From: Eledone cirrhosa
Taxonomy: Eukaryota
NCBI GenBank assembly: GCA_964016885.1
Contig: OZ024741.1
Span: 222,208,001-222,272,000, forward strand
DNA length: 64,000 nt
Direction of reading: 5' to 3'
Shown: positions 36,613-46,913 of the stretch, piece by piece
How the letters are laid out: each line of letters starts with the position of its first letter
How positions within the stretch are numbered: the first letter of the stretch is position 1
Program-made: the position numbers and the translations under genes
The notes under the pieces: generated by a model
Seen by the model: the letters and a program-made list of their open reading frames with translations, nothing else
What the model was told of the DNA's origin: nothing
The model's database searches: none

Positions 36613-37917
36613 TTAGGTTGGTGAATAATTATTGCGGCCCTTTTTCAACAAAATTTATTCAATAAAAACAATAACAACATTTAACAAAAACATCTTTAAA
36701 TGATTATTCCGGAGCATATTCCCCATCTACTTCAATTACTGCTTCCCATTTGCTTGGCAGACGGTCGATTCCACGGGCGAAGAAGTTACTGTTCTTAGAG
36801 ACAATCCACTCTTTGACGGTGGCCACCAAGTCATCCAAGTCGTCGGAAACTTTGTTCGCGAACCAATTTTTCAGCGATCGATTGATGTGATAGTCCGTAG
36901 GCGCTTCTGTGGGAGAATATGGCGGATGAGGAAGCAGTTCCCAGCCCTTATTGGTGATAGATTCGACGACACAACGCACAACATGTGGACACGCATTATT
37001 GAGGTGGTAGACAATATGGTTCTTTTTGCGCGGTCTTTTCGTCTCGATTGCAGCGTGAATGCGGTCAAGGTGAGCTAGATAAATGTTGCTGTTGATATTT
37101 AATTGCCGCTTGCCGTTTTTGTCCTGAATCCGCCACTGTTGAGGCTCATCGTCGTCATTCCACCAATAACAAATCCCGTTTGAGATGATTTCCCAGTGAA
37201 TAATTCCGCTTCTGTCCCACCAAACACACCACATTGCCTTCTTACAGTGGACGCCTTTCGGTATTCCTTTGGATGAAACACCTGGAGAAACGCAAACCTT
37301 CTTTCTTTTGACGTTTTTGAAGAGAAGCCACGATTCATCTCCAGTGACGAGATTCTTCAGGAATGGAGTTTGCTCATTTTGCTGCAGTAAATAGGTAAAA
37401 ATTTGGACACATTCGGCTTTGTTGTTATCGGAGAGTTCGTGGGGGACCCACCCAGCCAATTTCGATACTTTTCCGAGCTTTTTGAGACGACGAACGATGG
37501 TCGAATGGTCCATATTGAAGTCTTCGGTCAACATTCTCGTTGTCAAGCTTTCGCCCTCTTCCACAGCTGCCAAAAGTGCCTGGTTGTTGAAATTTGATGG
37601 TCGTCGACCTCTTCCTTCTTCATCTGCGAGGTTTGTATCGCCCGATTTGAACTTCCTGAACCATCTTTCAGCTTGGCTTTTGCTGATTGTTCCTTCACCA
37701 AAAAGTTCATTGAGATCGCGAAATGACTGTGCTGCATTCCAACCTTTCTCGAAGTGGTAGAGCATAATATGACGAATGTGGATATGATTTTCGATACGCA
37801 TTCTGAAAAGAGAAAAAACCCGACCATCATTTAAAGGTGTTTTTGTTAAATATTGTTATTGTTTTTGTTAAATAAAATTTGTTGAAAAAAAGCCGCAATA
37901 ACTATGCACCAACCCAA
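36613..37917 (-). mobile_element. Full-length mariner transposon with about 92-bp imperfect TIRs
   Basis: TA-flanked ends ttaggttggtgaataattattgcggc... / ...gccgcaataactatgcaccaacccaa, enclosing the transposase ORF. Confidence 0.93.
36704..37801 (-). CDS. Mariner transposase, 365 aa, probably inactive
   Basis: HTH region, WVPHEL, TGDESW and HPPYSP..APTDY motifs. The second catalytic Asp appears replaced (HLNNACPH instead of HDNARPH). Confidence 0.9.
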   Translation of the reverse strand: MRIENHIHIRHIMLYHFEKGWNAAQSFRDLNELFGEGTISKSQAERWFRKFKSGDTNLADEEGRGRRPSNFNNQALLAAVEEGESLTTRMLTEDFNMDHSTIVRRLKKLGKVSKLAGWVPHELSDNNKAECVQIFTYLLQQNEQTPFLKNLVTGDESWLLFKNVKRKKVCVSPGVSSKGIPKGVHCKKAMWCVWWDRSGIIHWEIISNGICYWWNDDDEPQQWRIQDKNGKRQLNINSNIYLAHLDRIHAAIETKRPRKKNHIVYHLNNACPHVVRCVVESITNKGWELLPHPPYSPTEAPTDYHINRSLKNWFANKVSDDLDDLVATVKEWIVSKNSNFFARGIDRLPSKWEAVIEVDGEYAPE

Positions 37918-38383
37918 TATATATATATATTGAAAGGGATGTAGAAATAAAGGAATGAACCTTGATTTTTTTGTAATAATTGTTTCTACATTTGGCACAA
38001 GGCCAGCAATTACCCAGTACATTACTGGTACTTTATTTTATCGACCCCAAAAGGATGAAAGGCAAAGTTAACCTCGGCGGGATTTGAACTCTGTCTGTAA
38101 AGAGATGTAGCTATGCTGGAAAGCATAGCGTCCGACTCTCTACTGATACTGCCAATCGGAATATTAATGCTCTGTTACCTGAACTGTCCTTAATAACAAG
38201 AACTTTGACTGTCTATAACTTTATTGTATGTTTTAAATTCCTGATGAATCGAGGATTTTACCAAAGATAATAGTGTAGTATTCCACTATAATAGCATATA
38301 TAATATATATATATATAGTGGTAGAACACTGGAAGGTAATATCTGTAGTGGTAGAGCACTCAGTCCAAGAGACGAGTTAGGTA

Positions 38384-38526
38384 GAAGTGGTTACACAACA
38401 GTTAGTTCACCATACCGAGAACAATTGTTTCGCCTTAGCGGATCCTCAGCTCGTAATCGAGCTGAGGATCCGCTAAGGTGAAACAATTGTTCTCGGTATG
38501 GTGAACTAACTGTTGTGTAACCACTT
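38384..38526. ncRNA. 143-bp palindrome made of two back-to-back minimal type I hammerheads (+ strand 38458-38495; - strand about 38416-38453)
   Basis: cgag CTGAGGA tccgctaaggt GAAAC aatt GTT ctcg. Stem I cgag/ctcg; palindromic stem III; 4-nt centre taat. Confidence 0.8.
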
Positions 38527-38554
38527 TTATATATATATATATATGTGTGTGTAA

Positions 38555-40100
38555 ATGAAGTAATTCCGTCGGAAAGGTACAGGAAAAAAGAGTGTTCTAT
38601 GTAGGTTACAGAGCTTATTAGTTATTTCTTAATATTAATCTTGATCTACTTACTGTCTCTTTTAAACCTTATCATAAACCTAACGAGAATCTAAGATATA
38701 TACACAAAGAGTCTTGCCATCCCCCTATAGTCTTTAAAAATCTTATTCCTAACATTAGCCGTAGGATTTCTACCTTATCTTCATCTCTAGACATTTTTAA
38801 CAAAGCAACCCCTTATTATAATAAGGCCCTCAATAACAGTGGCTTCACAGAACATATTAAATATTTACCTACTCCTCCATCTAACACTAAACACAATAAC
38901 AGGAAAAGAAAAATTATTTGGTTTACACCCCCCTTCTCTCTAACTGTCAAAACTAATGTAGGAAGGAAATTCCTCGACCTCCTAGACAAACATTTTCCCC
39001 CTAATCATAGATATAATAACATATTTAATAGAAATGTAGTCAAAATCAGTTACTCTTGCTGTCCATCAATGAAGACTAAAATTACCAACTCTAATCGTAT
39101 GAGAGTAAATCCAGGATGCAGTTGCAGGTAGCCGGAAGAATGCCCATTACAGGGTAAATGTAATACTAAATCCATTGTGTATGAGGCCAAATTGACACCG
39201 TTGATTAATAACCAGCCAGCCAGGAGTGAGCAATATGTTGGCATGACTCAGGACAGATTCAAAACCAGGTATTATGCACATGTTGCTTCTTTTAAACACT
39301 CTGAAAAAAGAACAGCAACGACCCTCGCAAATAAAGTGTGGGAATTCAAAGACAAAAACATTCCGTACACTATTGATTGGTCTATTTTAGACCATTCAAG
39401 AGAATACCAAAGGGGTACAAAGAAATGTTCTTTGTGCACCACGGAAAAATTTAGAATTCTCCAAAATTTGAAAGCCCCTTCCACTTGCCTCAACTCCAAG
39501 ACCGAGATCTTCAGATGTTGTTCACATCTGAAATCGCATCTACTTTTTAACTGGATTGACATTCCTACGATGACTCAACCACCTTGAACTTCTTACGCCT
39601 TCCAGTCACTACGAATATTATTACTCTCTGAACTCACATTCCTTACCCATATAATCTTTTTCTCCCTCATCCCCTTCTATATCTCCTTTTTTATTTTTTA
39701 TTATTTTTTTCCTATTATAATAATTTTTCAGTTGACTTATATCCCCCCCCCCCCTACTTCCTACCTTACCCTTTACACATACACACCCACCACCTTTATC
39801 CTTTACTCGGTTCACTCTTTAACCAGATACTCTTATCTAGATCTCATCGCATACATTTCTCCCTTCCCTATTCTTAATAATTGTGTTTATTATTTCAATT
39901 TTACTCCCCCCTTGTCCTCACTAACCCACTAGGTGTTTATGTTCTAACATAGGGCTGTGTGCAGGCACATTCACAGACACACTCATGTGTACTTACATTT
40001 ATAGTATTTTGATTATTCTTTTATACATGTGTGTGTGTGTGTTTGTGTGTATGTCTGTATATGTGCGTGTATGTATATGTATGTATATATATATATATAT
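38555..40100 (+). mobile_element. 5'-truncated PLE (RT thumb plus GIY-YIG endonuclease) with an inverted terminal fragment at its 5' end
   Basis: IIWFTPPFS, FNRNVVKISYSC, CSCR..ECPLQGKC, VYEAK..YVGMT..FKTRY..H, CSLCTTEK. Bases 38555-38625 match 40990-41060. Confidence 0.85.
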
Positions 40101-40135
40101 ATTTATATATACATATATATATATATATATAGATA

Positions 40136-40555
40136 TATATAAGAACAAAAGATGGTTAAAGGAGTTCCATGTATTTTATTATGCGCATTTCAAAAACAAA
40201 TATCATCATGCAATAATATTTGTGTTTTCATCAGATAAAACAGGAGAACATGATATGAAGGCTAAAAAACACTTGTGGATAGTTCAGTTTTAAATCAACA
40301 TATGTTGATGTAAAACTGAACTATCCACAAGTGTTTTTTAGCCTTCATATCATGTCCTATTTTATCTGATGAAAACACAAATATTATTGCATGACGATAT
40401 TTGTTTTTGAAATGCGCATAATAAAATACATGGAACTCCTTTAACCATCTTTTGTTCTTATATATTATGTATACTCCAGTCCTACAAACTGTAGAGTGCT
40501 TCTTATCCGATATCTGCATTGCTTTATTGTACTACAATAAAACTCACCTCCTACA
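40136..40555. mobile_element. 330-bp palindrome (40136-40464) with paired hammerhead motifs plus a tail
   Basis: CTGATGA (40366) aaacacaaatat..atatttgttttt GAAA tgc GCA; mirror copy at about 40175-40240. Confidence 0.8.
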
Positions 40556-40945
40556 TATATAGATATATATATATATATGTATATATGTGTGTGTATATGT
40601 ATGTATACGTATGTATGTATGTGTGTGTGTATATATATATATATATTTATATAATATTAAAGATACTATTTATAGTTATGTATATACTATACTATAAACA
40701 ACTATAAACAGGGAAGGTCAGTAAGTTATTACTACCTTATTACCAGTAAGAGAAATAGCTCAATGTAAGAACAATTGTCAGCGATTAAATGATTTAAACA
40801 TAACTTTGATACTTATGTAATCTATATATATTTATATATATATATATGTGTGTAAGTGAGTGTATATATGTGTGTGTATGTATTTGTGTATACATATATA
40901 TATATATATATGTATATACATATGTGTATATATATATGTATATAC

Positions 40946-40988
<43 letters not shown>

Positions 40989-40989
40989 A

Positions 40990-41184
40990 ATGAAGTAATT
41001 CCGTCGGAAAGGTCCAGGAAAAAAGAGTGCTCTATGTAGGTTACAGAGCTTAATAGTTATGTAATAAACAACATAAGGCAATTATTTCATTTATCAGTGG
41101 TTTCTTGAAAGCAAAATTTGTTTGCTTTCAAGAAACCACTGGTAAATGAAATAATTGCCTTATGTTGTTTATTACATAACTATA
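40990..41184. mobile_element. 132-bp palindrome (41053-41184) folded at the stem II loop of the 56542-type hammerhead, plus a tail
   Basis: Right arm tgctttcaaGAAACcactgGTAaatgaaataatt matches about 56572-56631. Confidence 0.8.
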
Positions 41185-41239
41185 TATATATATGCATGCA
41201 TATGTATTTGTATATATGCGTGTATATGTATATATACAC

Positions 41240-42346
41240 AAAGTATGGGTGCATAAAAGATGTAGTGGGATCACAGGTAAGCTAACTAAGAACATAGATT
41301 TTACATGTGGCCGGTGCTCTGGTGCAATAAGTAGCAGCAAGTGCCCACAAAATACTAGCTCTTTCAATTGCGCAGAGGGTTCTATAGAAGTAGTGGACAG
41401 CTTCCGTTACCTGGGTGACAAAATCAGCAGTGGGGGAGGGTGCTCTGAAAGTACAGTAGCTAGAGTCAGAACTGGATGGAAAAAGTTCAGAGAGCTTATA
41501 CCACTATTAGCCGCTAAAGGGTTCTCCCTAAAAATGAAAGGCAGGTTGTATGATGCCTGCATACGAACAGCAATGTTGCATGGCAGTGAGACCTGGGCAT
41601 TGTGTGCAGACTAGAGAGGAACGAAGCTTGCATGCTCCGCTGGATGTGTAATAGTAATATACGTGAACGGCAAAGCATAAATGAACTAAGGAAAAAATTA
41701 GAAATTAGAGGGATCAGATGTTGTTTACTCGACAGAAGGCTACGTTGGTATGGTCACATGATGCGCATGAAAGTCGACAGCTGTATAACAAAGTGCAGGG
41801 CAATAAAGATAGACGGTAGCCACGGAGTAGGCAGATCCATAAAAACCTGGGACGACCTGATAAATTCCGACCTCACACACTTACACCTCTCCAAGACAAT
41901 GTCACTGGACCGAGACCTTTGGCGGTACTCAGTAATAGAGAAGACCCGCCTTACCTAAATACAAAGTAAAACCTACTACAGTCAGTAGGCATCTCTAACA
42001 AAATACACCCCCATCCCACTACCCCCACCCCATCCACACCACCCCTTTCAATGTAAAGTTATGTTGGTACCACAGCATCCAGCCCGAAACAAATGAGATC
42101 GTGTAGGTGTCACGACAAAAAAACACACAGTCCACGCTGTAATGTGGCCGTGTAGGCAACACGGTAAAAACCTCCCAGCCCCACACTGTAAATGTGGTTG
42201 GTGTTAGGAAGGGCATCCAGCTGTAGAAAACCCGCCAGACAGTCCTATGCGAGCAATGACAACCACTCTTGCCTCAAGTGGGAAAACTCCCGTCCAAACC
42301 CATGCAAGCGTGGAACATGGACGTTAAATGATGATGATGATGATGA

Positions 42347-42350
<4 letters not shown>
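41240..42350 (+). mobile_element. 5'-truncated RTE LINE
   Basis: ORFs 41192-41614 and 41602-41958 are near-identical to the C-terminus of the 18056-19630 ORF; (GAT)n tail. Confidence 0.9.
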
Positions 42351-42396
<46 letters not shown>

Positions 42397-42645
42397 ATGT
42401 GTTTGTATGTATTTTTACTTATGTGTGTGAGTTTATTTATGTTTATATTATACTTTTATTTGGTTCTATGTATGTGTTTACGTTTTTAGTAGTGTGTATG
42501 CGGTGATTATAGGCCTTTGTTTTTGTCTGTATAGTCTTACGTATGGTTTTGTCTGCGTGTGTTCTTTACGTGCGAGTGCGCGCACGCATGTGGTTACGTT
42601 TGTATGCTCATTTGGTTGTATGCTCATTTTCTTACGTGTGTAAGC

Positions 42646-42681
<36 letters not shown>

Positions 42682-42783
42682 ATTTTTGCACATTTGTGTA
42701 TGTGGATGTGTTTGCATGTTTATTTTAACATATTTTTGCGTATATATATATATATATATATATGTATATGTGTATATATATGT

Positions 42784-42854
<71 letters not shown>

Positions 42855-42855
<1 letters not shown>

Positions 42856-43992
42856 ATAATAATAAATTTGAAGACTAAAATCCAAAGAGGGCTCGATAAG
42901 GATAAATATATATCAAATATATAAGAACCGTAGAGCAAATATTTATTAAAATAACAGATTAAAGTTTAAGCAAAGAATCGCTGCTTTCACCCTTAACGGG
43001 ATCTTCTGAAACTAACAAAGTCAATCTGTAAACGCAGAAGTGGATATTTAAAAAAACGTTGCAACCGGAGGAAGACAGGAAGACGATACTTTGGTTCGTG
43101 GAAATGTTCCCTGGCAAAGAACGGGAAAAAACGAATATAATACGTCATTAAAAGGAGCGGTGAAAAACAATTACGTGCAAAGACAGAACCACGTTTATGG
43201 TATAAAAGAAGTCGTAGACTAATGTTCTCTTAGGTGGTTCATAGAGACATTCTCTGGCAATGAACGGAAAAAACGATGATAATACGTCATATGTGGAGCG
43301 TAGAGAACAATTGCACGCAAAGACAAAACCATGTAAATGGTAAAGCTGAAGTCGTAGACTAAAATTCTAATTAGGAAACCGAATGAATCTCCGCTTCAGA
43401 GTTAAGAATAAAGTAAATAAAATACAATACAGAGGTAATAGAAATTAAATAAATACATACACGCATGCAAATACGTACATACACAAGCATACGCGAAAAC
43501 ACTTGCCATAGGTATACAAAACCACGCACATATAAATGTGTGTGTGTGTGTGCGTGTATACAAATAAATAAATAATTAAATAAACGTATATAAATAAATA
43601 AATACGTATATAACAAGCGCACACACATACCTACATGTAAATACACAAATGTTCGGAGACGTAAGTCAACCAAAACATGAAATACACATACACACCCTAC
43701 ACACGTACGAACCTGCCTACTCACACAGATGCAAAACTCCCGTATACACATAACCAAACCATATGTACCAGAATATATAAAAAATTATACGCCATAACAT
43801 ATACAATCAAATATACGTACGAGAAAGTATTCGTACATTCACAAAATATACAGGTAATATATACTTACCTATGCAAATAAGTAATGGTATAAACAAAACA
43901 TATACTAAGCTACCACATCAAGACGTCAGAAGATCCCGTTAAGGATGAAAGCAGCGATTCTTTGCTTAAACTTTAATCTGTTATTTTAATAA

Positions 43993-43993
<1 letters not shown>
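42855..43993 (-). mobile_element. Unclassified (TA)n-associated repeat, probable PLE 3' end, with a 68-bp inverted terminal duplication
   Basis: About 42943-43010 is inverted at 43926-43993. Other copies at about 12500-12735, 30740-31105 and 61578-61790. Confidence 0.55.
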
Positions 43994-44029
<36 letters not shown>

Positions 44030-44164
44030 AATGTATATATATATATATGTATATACACTTACATTTGTGTATATGTTTTTATACGTGTATATGAGTGTTT
44101 GTGCATGGTTTTTTTTGTTGTGTGTGTGTGCGTGTGTATGTATGTGTGTATGCATGTATATATA

Positions 44165-44457
44165 TCATCATCATCATCATTATCGTTTAACGTCCATCTT
44201 CCACACTTGCATGGGTTTGGACGGGAGTTTTCCCACTTGAGGCAAGAGTGGTTGTCTTGCTCGCATAGGACTGTCTGGCGGGTTTTCTACGGCTGGATGC
44301 CCTTCCTAACACCAACCACGTTTACAGTGGTTTTTACCGTGTTACCTACACGGCCACATTACAGCGTGGACTGTGTGTTTTTTTGTCGTGACACCTACAC
44401 TACCTCATTTGTTTCGGACTGGATGTTGTGGTACCAACATAACTTTACATTGAAAGG

Positions 44458-44511
<54 letters not shown>

Positions 44512-45270
44512 GTGCAGAGGATATATGCAGACTGGAGAGAAACGAAGCTTGCATGCTCCGCTGGATGTGTAATAGTAATATACGTGAACGGCAAAGCATA
44601 AACGAACTAAGGGAGAAATTTGAAATAAGAGGGATCAGATGTTGTTTACTCGAGAGAAGACTACGTTGGTATGGTCACGTGATGCGCATGAAAGACGACA
44701 GCTGTATAAAAAAGTGCAGGGCAATAAAAATAGACGGTAGCCACGGAGTAGGCAGACCCAGAAAAACCTGGGACGACTTGATAAATTTCCGACCTCACAT
44801 ACTTACACCTCTCCAAGACAATGTCACTGGACCGAGATCTTTGGCGCTACACAGTAATAGAGAAGACCCGCCTTACCTAAGTGCAAAATGAAACCTACTA
44901 CAATCAGTAGGCACCTCTAACAAAATATACCCCGTCCCACTACCCCCACCCCATCCACACCACCCCTTTCAATGTAAAGTTATGTTGGTACCACAACATC
45001 CAACCCGAAACAAATGAGGTCGTGTAGGTGTCACGACAAAAAAACACACAGTCCACGCTGTAATGTGGCCGTGTAGGTAACACGGTAAAAACCTCCCAGT
45101 CCCACACTGTAAATGTGGTTGGTGTTAGGAAGGGCATCCAGCCGTAGAAAACCCGCCAGACAGTCCTATGCGAGCAAGACAACCACTCTTGCCTCAAGTG
45201 GGAAAACTCCCTTCCAAACCCATGCGAGCGTGGAATATGGACGTTAAACGAAGGTGATGATGATGATGAC
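44165..45270. mobile_element. Two RTE 3' fragments in opposite orientation (44165-44460 minus; 44507-45270 plus) separated by (TA)n
   Basis: Family 3' UTR on both strands; ORF 44508-44891. Confidence 0.85.
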
Positions 45271-45349
45271 ATGCATACACACATACATACATACACACGC
45301 ACACATAATAATTTCTCTATTTTCATTTATATATATATATATATATATA

Positions 45350-45700
45350 TATTAAATTGTTAAACAATATTCAATGATTATGTCAAAGAATGAGTTTTAC
45401 AGTAGATTGGAAGCACTCAACGGAAAAAATAATTTTCTGGAGTTATTAATATTAAAATATAAGTATTAATAAAATAGATGTTCTTTTGATCAATTACATT
45501 TTATTATACATATTTCAAATCTACAAGATTTAATCAAGGTATTACCTTGATTAAATCTTAACCATTTAACATCTCAGGGTATGTCATGTATCATTATATT
45601 TTGTCTGATGAGGACGTACTGTTGTAGATCCGAAATGCGTATAATAAAATGTAATTGATCAAAAGAACATCTATTTTATTAATACTTATATTTTAATATA
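45350..45700. mobile_element. Fold-back element (arms about 45448-45517 / 45632-45698) with a hammerhead at about 45592-45655 (+)
   Basis: attatatttt-gt CTGATGA gga...tcc GAAA tgc GTA taat-aaaatgtaat. Confidence 0.7.
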
Positions 45701-45719
45701 TATATATATATGTATATAT

Positions 45720-46154
45720 GTAGAAGTTCTATTTAAATTGTTGGGATACAACAAGCAAATATTTTTATAACTGATATAAAGCACTCAACAAATAATTGGA
45801 GTAAAAATACGATATTAACAAATGGAAACTATATTTATACAACCATATTTATTTCATTATACATATTTCAAGGACACCAAGTCAAATTATGGTGTGCTTT
45901 CATCAGATAAAATATAATATAGAGCAGTTTTATAAATAAATATTGACATACCCTTAAAGAATGCAACCATTACTGTTAGCTTCCAACAGTAATGGTTGCA
46001 TTCTTTAAGGGTATGTCAATATTTATTTATAAAACTGCTCTATATTATATTTTATCTGATAAAAGCACACCATAATTTGACTTGGTGTCCTTGAAATATG
46101 TATAATGAAATAAATATGGTTTTATAAATATAGTTTCCATTTGTTAATATCGTA
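45720..46154. mobile_element. 345-bp palindrome (45808-46154) plus tail; miniature relative of the 49690-56425 PLE
   Basis: Arms and tail align with 49690-49960. Hammerhead CTGATGA aagcacacc..ggtgtcctt GAAA tat GTA on the minus arm (CTGATAA on the plus arm). Confidence 0.8.
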
Positions 46155-46539
46155 TATATGTATATATATATTTATATGTATATGTATATATATATATATA
46201 TTTTTTATTTTGTGTATCTGTATTTTTATGTAATTGCACACTTCGTGTATTTGTTTATTTTTATTTGTTCCCCCCTCCCCTCTCTTATAGTTTCAACGCG
46301 CATCCTCTGTCTATTTTTTCATTCTTTATTTTTTTTTTTTTGACTTTGAATATTTTTTGTTCTTATTCATTTATTTATTTATTCTTATTACTTCATGTAT
46401 ATGTATGTCCATGTATTTTGTCCATGTCGGTTGATACATATACGCTTATGTGACAGCTTATGTCTACTTACTTTTAAAGTATATGCGCGTGGTTGAGTGT
46501 GTATGTTTGTTTATTTATTTATTTTATATATAAGTGTAT

Positions 46540-46849
46540 ATAATTCCCGTTCTGTGTGTAAAAGAGTTTCACTTGGAAAATATTCCATCCATCTCTGTCA
46601 AATTAAACACATAGCCAAAATAGGCTACGGTTTGTAACATGAAGAAAAAATTATTTCATAATGGTTAATTTCGAAGTCACAAACTTCGATTTTATAATCT
46701 TATAGGCTTTTGCACTAACAAGTTCCATGACGGCCATAAAGAGAGAGAGCGTTCCTTTTACACAGTTCTTAACTCTCCCCCTTCCACAACACGACGTTAT
46801 GGGATTGTATGTGTATGTGCGTGTGTGTTTGTGTGTGTATGTGTGCGTG

Positions 46850-46913
<64 letters not shown>

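Noticed and set aside
38240-38250. Isolated CTGATGA (also at about 56779)
   Set aside because: No matching GAAA/stem III/stem I found downstream, so it is not called as a hammerhead.
42478-42938. ORFs rich in YI/IY/CV/HT repeats (also about 35890-36200, 40000-41081, 46700-47480, 57440-57780)
   Set aside because: They are translations of (TA)n, (TG)n and (CA)n microsatellites.
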